64,000 nt of DNA from the NCBI GenBank assembly GCA_047601445.1, contig JASGJH010000001.1, positions 5,088,001-5,152,000 on the forward strand, read 5' to 3'. The notes below the pieces were generated by a model that saw nothing but the letters and a program-made list of their open reading frames with translations, searched no databases and was not told the origin of the DNA. Every line of letters begins with the position of its first letter. Within the stretch, counting starts at the first letter, position 1. Shown one piece after another: positions 31,481 through 40,860 of this stretch. Both the position numbers and the translations under genes were made by a program. Origin of the DNA: Myxococcales bacterium (GTDB taxonomy: Bacteria; Myxococcota_A; Polyangia; Polyangiales; DASUME01).

Positions 31481-32610
31481 GCGATGGTCCTCCGAAAACG
31501 CAGGGTGGCAACGCCGAGCATCACGACACCGAAGACCGCCAACATCGCGGCCTCTCCCCACAGTTCGCCGAGGTCGTTGCCGCGCAAGAGCACGCCGCGC
31601 AGCCCGGCCACGTAGTAGCGGGCCGGCACCACACGGCTGACGAACTGCAAGGGCAGCGGCATGTTGTCGATGGGGAACACGAAGCCCGAGAGCAGCATGG
31701 AGGGCAACATCGAGCTCATCGTCGCCACCTGCGTGGCCACCATCTGATTTCGCGTGAGTACGCTGATCAAGAGCCCCTGCCCGAGCATACCCACCAGGAA
31801 CAACAGCGAGAGCACGCCCAGAGCCAACGCCGAGCCACGGAAGGGCACGTTGAACACCAGGCCGCCCGCCGCCACCACCATCAACACCGCCAGCGCCCCC
31901 AACACCAGATAGGGCAAGAGCTTGCCCAGGATGATCTCGAAGCGTCCCACCGGTGTGGCGAACAACTGCGCCATCGAGCCGCGCTCCCACTCGCGCGCCA
32001 CCGTCAGCGCGGTCAGCAGCACCGCCACGATGGCGAGCACGTAGGCGGCGATGCCCGGCACCAGGAACACCGCGCTCTTGCCCTCGGGGTTGAATCGCGT
32101 GAAGGTGCGCACCTCCACCAGCGGCTTGCGTGCGCCCTTGGCCTGCTCGGCTCCGGACAGCGCGAGAAGCTTGAGCGCCACTTCCAGCTTGTTGCGGGCT
32201 TGCACGGCGCTCGTGTTATCGGAGCCGTCGAGCAAGAGCTGCACCCGCGTCGGCTCGCCGCGCACGAGCTCGCGCGCGAAGCCGCGTTCGATGACTACGG
32301 CTGCCAGGCTGCGACCGGCCACCAGGGCGCGCTCCGCTTCGGCGGCGCTCGGCAGGTCGCCTGCATCGTCGAACTGGTCGTCGGCCAAGAGGCGTCGCTT
32401 CAAGCTGCGACTCTGGGTCGTCTGATCCAGGTCCACCACGCTCACCGGCAGGTGATCGAGATCGAAACTCACGCCGAAGCCGAACAGGAGCAGCATCACC
32501 ACCGGCATGGCGAGCGCGATGTACAGGGTGCGCACGTCGCGCAGCACGTGGTGCACCTCTTTATGCGCCAACGCCAGGATACGATTGAGGGTCAAGGACA
32601 GGGCATTCAT
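31477..32610 (-). CDS. ABC-2 type permease (YbhS-like)
   Basis: KEVHHVLRD, FNPEG, AREWERGSM, LGKLLPY, LSGFVFPIDNMP. Confidence 0.9.
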   Translation of the reverse strand: MNALSLTLNRILALAHKEVHHVLRDVRTLYIALAMPVVMLLLFGFGVSFDLDHLPVSVVDLDQTTQSRSLKRRLLADDQFDDAGDLPSAAEAERALVAGRSLAAVVIERGFARELVRGEPTRVQLLLDGSDNTSAVQARNKLEVALKLLALSGAEQAKGARKPLVEVRTFTRFNPEGKSAVFLVPGIAAYVLAIVAVLLTALTVAREWERGSMAQLFATPVGRFEIILGKLLPYLVLGALAVLMVVAAGGLVFNVPFRGSALALGVLSLLFLVGMLGQGLLISVLTRNQMVATQVATMSSMLPSMLLSGFVFPIDNMPLPLQFVSRVVPARYYVAGLRGVLLRGNDLGELWGEAAMLAVFGVVMLGVATLRFRRTIA

Positions 32611-33560
32611 GGAGCCTCCGCCGAGGCACTCTTGCTGCGACCCACCACGCCCAGGAAGACGTCCTCGAGCGATGCCTCCACGGGCTCGCAATGCTCCGGC
32701 TGGGCCCCCAGCTTGCGCAGGCCGAGCTCGATTGCGGATCCGTCCGTACCCTTGGGGTCGAAGCGCACGTGCAGGTTGGCACCGAACAGATCCGCAGCCC
32801 GCACGAAGGGCAGTGCGCGCGCCGCGTGCACCACGCGATGGAGATCCTTGCCTTGGAAAGCCAGGGTGGTGCCTGGCACGAAGCTGCGCTTGAGTGCCTC
32901 TGGCGTGTCGAGCGCGAGTAAGGAGCCGTCCACCATCAGGCCCACGCGCGCGCAGTATTCGGCCTCGTCCATGTAGTGCGTGGTCACGAAGATGGTGGTG
33001 CCTTGCGCGGCGAGCTCGCGGATCAGCCGCCAGAACTGACGGCGCGAGAAGGGATCGACGCCGGCGGTGGGCTCGTCGAGGAACACGATGGAGGGCTGGT
33101 GCAGCACGGCACAGGCCAGGGCCAGGCGCTGGCGAATGCCACCCGGCAACTCGGACGTCACGCTCGCGCGGTAGCCGCCGAGCTCGGTGCGCTCGACGGC
33201 GCGATCGATGGCTGCATGCAGTGCCTTGCCGTGGAGCCCGTAGATACCACCGAAGAACTCCAAGTTGTCCTGGGCGTCGAGATCCAAGTAGAGGCTGAAT
33301 TTCTGGGACATGTAGCCGATGGAGGCCTTCACGGCGCCGGGCGCGCGCGCGATGTCGTGGCCCGCCACACTTGCCTGTCCGCCGGAGGGCGCGAGGAGCC
33401 CGCACAACATCCGGATGGTGGTGGACTTGCCCGCGCCGTTGGCTCCGAGGTAGCCGAAGATCTCGCCTCGCTCGACGTGGAAGCTCACGTCGCGCACGGC
33501 CACGAAGGAACCGTAGACCTTGCGCAGGGCGTTAACCTCGATGGGATGCTGGGTGGTCAT
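32607..33560 (-). CDS. ABC transporter ATP-binding protein
   Basis: GANGAGKST, YMSQKFSLY, LPGG, FLDEPTAGVDP, TTHYMDEAE. Confidence 0.92.
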   Translation of the reverse strand: MTTQHPIEVNALRKVYGSFVAVRDVSFHVERGEIFGYLGANGAGKSTTIRMLCGLLAPSGGQASVAGHDIARAPGAVKASIGYMSQKFSLYLDLDAQDNLEFFGGIYGLHGKALHAAIDRAVERTELGGYRASVTSELPGGIRQRLALACAVLHQPSIVFLDEPTAGVDPFSRRQFWRLIRELAAQGTTIFVTTHYMDEAEYCARVGLMVDGSLLALDTPEALKRSFVPGTTLAFQGKDLHRVVHAARALPFVRAADLFGANLHVRFDPKGTDGSAIELGLRKLGAQPEHCEPVEASLEDVFLGVVGRSKSASAEAP

Positions 33561-34498
33561 GCGGCGCCTGCTTGCAGTTGGCGCGCCGAGACGCGGGCCA
33601 AGAACACGTCTTCGAAGTCCGGCGCGACCCGCTCCGCCGTGGCGCCGAGCTCCATCACATCGCGCGAAATGGCGGCGCCCGCGCCCGGCGTCGCGAGCAC
33701 ACGCAGGCGCGTCCCCGCAGGCGAGGCCGTGACCACGCCCGGGTGCCCGTTCAACCACGTATGCAGCCGCTCGCGATCGCCGCCCGTGACGGCCAACACG
33801 TCGTACTCGAGCTCCCTTGAGAGCGCGCTGGGCGAGCCCTGGGCGATGATCTGTCCGTGATGGAGGAGACCCACGCGATGGCACCGCGCCGCCTCATCCA
33901 TATAGGCCGTGGAGACCAGCACCGACATGCCCTCGCCGACCAGCTCGTAGATGAGCTCCCACAGCTCGCGTCGGCTCACTGGGTCGACCCCGTTGGTAGG
34001 CTCGTCCATCAAGAGCACGCTCGGCCGATGGAGCAGCGCGCAGGCCAGGGCCAGCTTCTTGTACATGCCGCCACTGAGGGCATCGGCGCGGCGGTCCTCG
34101 AAGCGCGTGAGGCGCGTGATCTCGAGCAGCCGCGCACTGCGCTCGCGGAACGTCTGACGAGAGAGCCCGAACAGACGTGCAAAGAAGCTCAGGTTCTCCG
34201 CCACCGAGAGGTCCCCGTAGAGACTGTATTGCTGCGGCATCAAGCCGAGGTGCTCGCGGGCGCGTGAACGTCGAGCCAGCGGATCCTCGCCGAGCACCCG
34301 CACGTACCCCGCCGTGGGGCGCATCAGGCCCGCCAGGCAGTTGATGGTAGTGCTCTTACCTGCCCCATCGGGCCCCACCAGACCGTAGAGCTCTCCGGGC
34401 GCGACACGCAGGTCGATGCAGCGCACCGCCTCGAGCGCGCCGTACGAGCGCACCAATCCGCAAGCGTCGATGGCCGCCGTTTGACTCGGCGCGTTCAT
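33557..34498 (-). CDS. ABC transporter ATP-binding protein
   Basis: GPDGAGKST, LSGGM, MDEPTNGVDP, STAYMDEA. Confidence 0.92.
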   Translation of the reverse strand: MNAPSQTAAIDACGLVRSYGALEAVRCIDLRVAPGELYGLVGPDGAGKSTTINCLAGLMRPTAGYVRVLGEDPLARRSRAREHLGLMPQQYSLYGDLSVAENLSFFARLFGLSRQTFRERSARLLEITRLTRFEDRRADALSGGMYKKLALACALLHRPSVLLMDEPTNGVDPVSRRELWELIYELVGEGMSVLVSTAYMDEAARCHRVGLLHHGQIIAQGSPSALSRELEYDVLAVTGGDRERLHTWLNGHPGVVTASPAGTRLRVLATPGAGAAISRDVMELGATAERVAPDFEDVFLARVSARQLQAGAA

Positions 34499-35548
34499 GG
34501 CGCCCCCGAGAGGCCCAGGTCGGCCAAGCTCACCACCACCTGCATGCCCGTGCGCAACAGCCCCTTGTGCTCACGCACGCGCACCTCCACCGGATACACC
34601 AGGCGGTCGCGGTCGCTGCGCGTCTGCACGTTGCGCGGTGTGAACTCAGCCTCCAATCCGATGCGCGTCACCTCGGCGCTGAAGTCTCGCTCGGGGTAGG
34701 CATCGGCCCGCACCTGGGCTCGCATGCCCACGCGCGCCGCATCCACATCCGCGTTGGCCAGGTAGAACGTCACGTTGGCCAGCTCGGGATCGATCAAGCG
34801 CGCCACCACCGAGCCCTGCATCACGAGCTCGCCGGATTCGTAGTAGATGCGCTCGAGTACGCCCGCGCGCGGTGCGCGCACGGTGCATTCATCCACGATC
34901 AACTGCGCGCTCGTCACCACCGCCTCCAGGGCGGCCACGCTGCGCTCGGCGGCGCTCACCTGGGCCAGCGCCGCCTGGGCCTGTGCGGAAGCCGCGCCCG
35001 CCTGACGACGGCTCACGAGCTCCGAGGCCGCCGCCGCGCGCTGACGCTCGAGCAACTCCGAGGCCGTGACCTTGGCGCGGTCCCTGGACGACAGTGCGGC
35101 GTACTCGCCCATGGCCTCCATGCGCTCGGCGTCGCGCGCCGCCAGCTCCTGCTGCGCCGAGAGCGCACCGAGCTGGGCTCCCACGGCCTGAATCGAAGCC
35201 GCCGCCGCCGAGCTCTGCCCGCGCGCCGCCAGGGCCTGCGACTTGGCACCCAGCACCTGCGCCCGCGATGCCTCCAGGCGCGCGAGGGCCTCCGCGAGGC
35301 GCGCCTCGTGCTCGGAGCACTCCAGGCTCAAGATGGGATTGCCGGCCTGCACCGTGAAGCCCTCCCTGGCGTGCACCTGCTTCACCCGGGCGGACAGGCG
35401 CGAGCCGAGAATCGATGCCCTCGGCCTCCACCACACCGGAACCGGACGCCGGGCCCGACTCGGCCTTGCCCTGGGCACGAATGCGCCAAGCGATGAGTCC
35501 GATCAGGACCCCCGTCAGCACCACCATTACGCTGAGAACTCGTTTCAT
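34495..35548 (-). pseudogene. HlyD/YbhG-type membrane fusion protein with a +1 frameshift at ~35410 (possibly a sequencing error)
   Basis: N-terminus MKRVLSVMVV...SGVVEAEGID is in one frame and LGSRLSARV...AEFTPRNVQT...RLVY in another; removing one T from GATTCTC joins them. Confidence 0.8.
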
Positions 35549-35639
35549 CGGACATGGCTCCGGTCGTTGAACGACGCGCCGCGAGGAGCTCCCCTGCGGT
35601 CGTCTCGAGCGCCCGTCGTCGAGGCGCAACACCCCCCAG

Positions 35640-35656
35640 TGCGACCTTCGTGCCAA
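35640..35656 (-). promoter_or_regulatory. sigma54 (-24/-12) promoter of the hlyD-ABC-tolC operon
   Basis: Minus strand TTGGCACGAAGGTCGCA with exact GG-N10-GC spacing, ~90 bp upstream of the hlyD ATG. Confidence 0.8.
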
Positions 35657-35738
35657 CTCGTTCGCTTGATTGAATCGCCGCAAAATCAGCCTGTTCTGCC
35701 ACCCCACGGGCGACCTCCGGAGTTGCCCCCAGTCGATG

Positions 35739-35779
35739 TGTCTGGGTTTCCGGACAGTCGCTTTCCGGGCCCCCAGACA
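35739..35779. promoter_or_regulatory. Tandem enhancer (UAS) sites for an NtrC-type activator
   Basis: TGTC-N10-GACA (35739-35756) and TTTC-N10-GACA (35762-35779), 23 bp apart, 85-125 bp upstream of the -24 box. Confidence 0.65.
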
Positions 35780-35832
35780 GCCGCCGCCCATGGCGCACTG
35801 GTACACTCGCAACGAATGCGCGCCCTTCACCC

Positions 35833-37236
35833 GTGGGAAGTCCGTTGAACCGCCCTCCGCCACACGCCCTGGCTGCGACCCGTCCGCTCTCACGCAGCGC
35901 GCTCGACGTGATGTTCGCCAAGGTCGTGGTGGCGCGCCTGGTGATCGCTCCTTCTCTCGGCTCGCTGGCGCTGACGTTCGCCTTCTTCGAGCCCACCCCC
36001 TGGCGTAAGTGGCTGATCGGCTCGGGCGTGACCAGCTTGTTCCTGCTCTCGCTGGTGGAGTGGTTCCGGTATCGCAAGTTCGGACCCGAGTCGGTGCACG
36101 TGCCGTTCAACGTGTGGCTGACCATCATCGTCCAGCTCTGCGTGATCACCGCCACCGGCGGGCTCTTCAGTCCCGCACTGCCCGTGGTCATCATGATGGC
36201 GTTCCTCGCCGCGACCCTCGGCGAGCGGCGCATCTTGCGCGGCCTGTTGGCCTTGGCGCTGCCCGCGGGCTTTGGGCTGGCCTACATCCATCGCTGCGCC
36301 ACACCCGTGCCCAGCCTGATTCCCGAGCTGTTCGGTGGCGCCCAGCCCATCGAGCACGGGCCCGCTCCGTGGATCGCAGCCACCGCGTTCACCGCCATGC
36401 TGCTGATCGCGGCGCGCGTGGGCCTGGTGCTCCAGGGTGTATTCGAGAGCCTCTACGGGGACGCCGTGCAGGCCCGTGACCGCTCGCTCGCGCTGCACGC
36501 CGAGCAGAGCCGCGTGATCACGTTGATGAGCAGCGAGATCGCCCACGAGCTCAAGAACCCGCTGGCCAGCCTCAAGGGCCTGGGCGCACTGGTGGCCAAG
36601 GACGTCGAGGGGCGCACCGCAGAGCGCGTGAAGGTGCTGCGCGGCGAGGTCGACCGCATGCAGTCGATCCTGGAAGGCTTCCTCACGTTCTCGCGGCCGC
36701 TCGTGCCCCTGAGCGTCGCCGAGCACGACTTGAGCGAGCTCACCTGCGACGTGGCGCGCTTGCACGAGGGCATCGCGGGCGAGCGCAGCCTCGGCATCGC
36801 CGTCGAGGCTCCCGAGCGCACGCTGGCGCGCTGCGATATCCGCAAGGTGCGCCAGGTCCTGATCAACCTGGTCCAGAACGCCCTCGATGCCAGTCCCGAC
36901 GGTGGCAAGGTGCTGTTGCGCGTGAGGCCCACGGCAGGAGGCGTCAACATCACTATCGTCGACGAAGGCCCTGGCCTCTCCCCGGAGATCGCCGAGCGCG
37001 TGTTCGAGCCCTTCGTGAGCGACAAGGAGCACGGTTCGGGCGTCGGATTGGTGGTGGCACGCTCGCTGGCGCGACAGCACGGCGGCGACGTGGTGCTGAC
37101 ACCTCGGAGGGGAGCCCGCGGACTCGAAGCCGAGCTCCGCTTGCCGCTCACACCGCCGCTCGAGCCGAGTACCGCGTCCCTGCCCAACGAATCTCTCCCC
37201 AACGCAGCCCTGCCCAGCAACGGAACGAATCCATGA
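35833..37236 (+). CDS. Membrane-bound sensor histidine kinase
   Basis: About 6 TM segments, AHELKNPL H-box, NLVQNA N-box, DEGPG, FEPF, GSGVGL; true start may be 35908/35911. Confidence 0.9.
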   Translation: MGSPLNRPPPHALAATRPLSRSALDVMFAKVVVARLVIAPSLGSLALTFAFFEPTPWRKWLIGSGVTSLFLLSLVEWFRYRKFGPESVHVPFNVWLTIIVQLCVITATGGLFSPALPVVIMMAFLAATLGERRILRGLLALALPAGFGLAYIHRCATPVPSLIPELFGGAQPIEHGPAPWIAATAFTAMLLIAARVGLVLQGVFESLYGDAVQARDRSLALHAEQSRVITLMSSEIAHELKNPLASLKGLGALVAKDVEGRTAERVKVLRGEVDRMQSILEGFLTFSRPLVPLSVAEHDLSELTCDVARLHEGIAGERSLGIAVEAPERTLARCDIRKVRQVLINLVQNALDASPDGGKVLLRVRPTAGGVNITIVDEGPGLSPEIAERVFEPFVSDKEHGSGVGLVVARSLARQHGGDVVLTPRRGARGLEAELRLPLTPPLEPSTASLPNESLPNAALPSNGTNP

Positions 37237-38564
37237 CCCCACGCATCCTCGTGGTCGACGACGACCAAGCCCTGCGCTTCACGCTGCGCGGCATCCTGGA
37301 GGACGCAGGCTACGCGGTGGATGAAGCCGCCGACGGCGCGCTCGCCCTGGCCAAAGTCGAGGCCGGCGGCGGCTACCACCTGGTGCTGAGCGATCTGCGC
37401 ATGCCCAACGTGGATGGCCTCGCGCTGCTCGAGCGCCTCAAGTCCCAGCACCCGAGCCTGCGCGTCATCATGATCACGGCCCACGGCTCCGAGCGGGCCG
37501 CCGTGGAGGCCATGAAGCGCGGCGCCTACGACTACTTTCGCAAGCCCTTCGAGCCCGAAGAACTGCTGGCCGTGGTGGAGCGCGCGGTGGAGTCGGTGCG
37601 CCTCAGCTCCGACAACGAGCGCCTCGGCGCCGAGCTCCTGCTCTCACGCTCCATGGTGTTCGCCTCACCTGCCATGCGCCAGCTCGCGGTGCTGGTGCAG
37701 CGCGTGGCCAGTAAGGACGTCACAGTGCTGATCAGCGGCGAGAGCGGCACCGGGAAAGAGCGCCTGGCCGAGGCCCTGGTGCGCGGGAGCACCCGCAGCA
37801 CACGCCCCTTCGTGCGCTTCAACTGCGCTGCCATCACACCCGACCTGGCGGAGGCGGAGCTGTTCGGACACAGCAAGGGCGCGTTCACGGGTGCGATCCG
37901 ACAGCGCAGTGGCCTCTTCCGCGAGGCTCACACCGGCACGCTGTTCTTGGACGAAGTCGCGGAGCTCGACCTACGCACTCAGGCCAAGCTCCTGCGCGTC
38001 CTACAGGAGGGCGAGGTACGTCCCGTGGGCGAAGACCACCCGTTCTCCGTCGACGTCCGCATTCTGGCCGCCACCCACCGCAACCTCGAGCAGTGCGTAC
38101 GCGATGGCAGCTTCAGAGAAGATCTATTCTATCGCCTCAAGGTAGTGCATCTCAGCTTGCCTCCGTTGCGCGATCGCAAGGAAGACATCGAGGTGCTTGC
38201 CGCACACTTCCTGGCCGAATTCAGCGCCCGCTTCGGCGCTGGGCCCTTCTCGCTGACCGCAGAGCTGCGCACACGACTTGCTAGCTACCGCTGGCCTGGC
38301 AACGTGCGCGAGCTCGGCAATGCCATCGAGAGCCTGGTGGCCCTCTCCCCGACCGATCGGCTCGATCCCGACCTCTTGCCGGGCGATCGTCCCGACGGCT
38401 CGAGCGCCCAGCGCGCCACCCTCGAGCATCGCCTGCTCGCGTATGAACGCGGCTTGCTGGTGGAGGCCATCGATGCCGCCGACGGCAACCGCAGCGAGGC
38501 CGCCAAGCTGCTCGGCATCGGGCGCGCCACGCTCTACGAGAAGCTCCGCAAGCACGGGCTGTAG
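37233..38564 (+). CDS. sigma54-dependent response regulator (NtrC family)
   Basis: Receiver (VVDDD, DLRMP), GESGTGKE, GAFTGA, FLDE, WPGNVREL, Fis-type HTH. Confidence 0.95.
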   Translation: MTPRILVVDDDQALRFTLRGILEDAGYAVDEAADGALALAKVEAGGGYHLVLSDLRMPNVDGLALLERLKSQHPSLRVIMITAHGSERAAVEAMKRGAYDYFRKPFEPEELLAVVERAVESVRLSSDNERLGAELLLSRSMVFASPAMRQLAVLVQRVASKDVTVLISGESGTGKERLAEALVRGSTRSTRPFVRFNCAAITPDLAEAELFGHSKGAFTGAIRQRSGLFREAHTGTLFLDEVAELDLRTQAKLLRVLQEGEVRPVGEDHPFSVDVRILAATHRNLEQCVRDGSFREDLFYRLKVVHLSLPPLRDRKEDIEVLAAHFLAEFSARFGAGPFSLTAELRTRLASYRWPGNVRELGNAIESLVALSPTDRLDPDLLPGDRPDGSSAQRATLEHRLLAYERGLLVEAIDAADGNRSEAAKLLGIGRATLYEKLRKHGL

Positions 38565-38648
38565 CCTCTACTCCTGGCTGGGGCCTGCTCCACACGCGCA
38601 CGCCCGCTTCGGCACGGCTCCTGCTCTTCGATCCGCTTCGGAGGACGA

Positions 38649-40062
38649 ATGGAGGCGCAGATGCGGGGGCGGCGAGCGGTGTGGATGGCGGTGCTAGCCA
38701 GTGTCGGACTCGTTGGTTGTAGTGACGATGGAGGCTCGGGCTTCGCGTACAAGAAGGGCCTGCCGTTCTCGGAACCCAAGGAATTCCACAGCGAGAACGG
38801 CGTGACCTCCGTGCAGCTCCTGTCGAAGGAAACCGCGGTGGACATCAGCGACGCCACCGTGAAGGGGACGGTCTACAACGGCGCATTCGTGGGACCCACG
38901 CTGCATGTGGCGCCTGGAGAGACCCTGCGTGTGCACCTGCAAAACGACCTCAAGCAGCACACGAACATCCACTATCACGGCATGCACGTGTCCCCCGAGG
39001 GCAACAGCGACAACATCTTCCTCATGATCGAGCCGGGCGAGAGCTTCGACTACCAGCTCGACATCCCGGCCGACCACGACGTGGGCACCTTTTGGTACCA
39101 CTCACACTCGCACATGGACTCCGAGAGCCAGGTGTTCGGCGGTCTCTCGGGTGTGCTCATCGTGGACGGCCTCGAGCAGAAGCTCCCCGAGGCCTATCGC
39201 GGCATCACTCAGCACGTGTTCGCGCTCAAGGACCTGCAGGTGAAGGACGGCACCATCATCGCCGACAACATCAACTCGGACGCGCCCACGGTTCGCACGG
39301 TGAACGGCCTGGTGGAACCCACGCTCGAGATCGCGCCCGGGGAGACGCAGCTGTGGCGCCTTGCCAACATCAGCGCGGACATCTTCTACGACCTGAGCTT
39401 TGCCACGCAGCCCCTGGTGGTCATCGCCGAAGATGGCAACCCCGTGGAGAAGCTGTGGACGGCGATGGATTCTGGTCCTGCCGCCCGGTAAGCGCTTCGA
39501 CGTGGTCGTCACGGCCCCGACCACCGCTGGCGACTATACGCTCGAGACCTTGGCCTATGACCAGGGCGGAGACATGTATCCGCAGGCCACGCTCGTGAAC
39601 GTGAAGGTCACGGGTGCGATGGCCCCGGCACTGCCTCCGCTTACCGAAGGCCTTGCCCCCGACGACGGGCTTACCTCACCTGATGCCGTGGTGGCGCAAA
39701 CCCGCCAGTTCGTGTTCACCGAGGACGACGACTCCAATCAGTTCTTCATCAACGGCAAGCAGTTCGACATGAACCGCATCGACGCGCTGCCCAAGCTCGG
39801 CACCATCGAGGAATGGACGGTGATCAACAACACCTCGGAGCAGCACCCCTTCCACATCCACATCAACGACTTCAAGGTCCTCTCCATCAACGGCGTCCCG
39901 TACCAGGCCAACGGTGAGCAAGACACGGTGGTGATGCCGCCCGGCGGACAGGCGGTCATCCGCATGGCTTTCCTGGATTTTACGGGCAAATTCGTCTTCC
40001 ACTGCCACATCCTGGCCCACGAGGACGGCGGCATGATGGCGGTCGTAGACGTGGTGCCGTGA
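38649..40062 (+). pseudogene. Multicopper oxidase lipoprotein with a +1 frameshift at ~39470 (possibly a sequencing error)
   Basis: Lipobox LVGC, HYHG and WYHSH in frame 1; HPFHIH and HCHILAHEDGGMM in frame 2; deleting one T of GATTCTG gives ...AMDLVLPPGKRFDV. Confidence 0.85.
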
Positions 40063-40162
40063 GAGGGGAAGGTGATCGGTTGCGAGCACGGGCACGTGTG
40101 CGAACCGGAGGATGACGGCGCGTTTCGCTGCGCTCACCCGTCGATGCTAGTCTGGCGGGACG

Positions 40163-40732
40163 ATGACCAAGCAAGATCTCGATGTGATCGTTGTGGGTGA
40201 TGGGCCGGGAGGCTTGAGCGCTGCGCTGTTTCTGGCCAAGTCCGGGCTGCGAGTCGTGGTGTACGGGCAGGACAAGACCGCCATGCACTGGGCGCTGCTG
40301 AAGAACTACCTCGGCGTGCCCGAGATGCTCGGCAGCGAGTTCCAGCGTCTTGCGCGCGAGCAGGTCACCACGTTCGGGGGGCGCATCGAGGCGGCGCGTG
40401 TGGAGAGCGTCGCACACGACGCGGGTAGCTTCGAAGTCACTCTCGAGGGTGGACCCAAGGTGCAGTCGCGCTTCTTGATCCTCTCGGAGGGCAAGTCGCC
40501 GCGCCTCGCGCAGCAGCTCGCGCTGGCGAACGACCCCTCCGGTGCCGTGAAGGTGGACATCAACGGCAAGACCTCGCTCGCGGGTGTGTACGCGGTGGGG
40601 CGCCTCGCACGGCCGGATCGCAGTCAGGCCATCATCAGCGCCGGCGATGGAGCCGCGGCCGCCATCGACATCCTCTCGAGCATCAAGGGCGAAGCAGTGC
40701 AGGACTGGGACTCGCCGCCCGAGCAGAAGTAG
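40163..40732 (+). CDS. Small FAD-dependent oxidoreductase (truncated thioredoxin-reductase-like)
   Basis: DVIVVGDGPGGLSAAL, NYLG, TSLAGVYAVG, QAIISAGDG; no NADPH domain or CxxC. Confidence 0.8.
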   Translation: MTKQDLDVIVVGDGPGGLSAALFLAKSGLRVVVYGQDKTAMHWALLKNYLGVPEMLGSEFQRLAREQVTTFGGRIEAARVESVAHDAGSFEVTLEGGPKVQSRFLILSEGKSPRLAQQLALANDPSGAVKVDINGKTSLAGVYAVGRLARPDRSQAIISAGDGAAAAIDILSSIKGEAVQDWDSPPEQK

Positions 40733-40860
40733 CAGCGCTCACGCCGTGACTTTCTTCGGCGCGCGGCACCAGTTCATCGTGACGCTTCGCGTCTGGACTC
40801 GGTGTCGCTTCGCGCTGCTCTGGGTGTCGCTTCGCGCCAGGCCGCGCGTACCTGCAGGGC

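Noticed and set aside
11856..40062. copA and the multicopper oxidase as a copper-resistance island
   Set aside because: They are about 24 kb apart, separated by unrelated genes, with no mobility genes or shared motif seen
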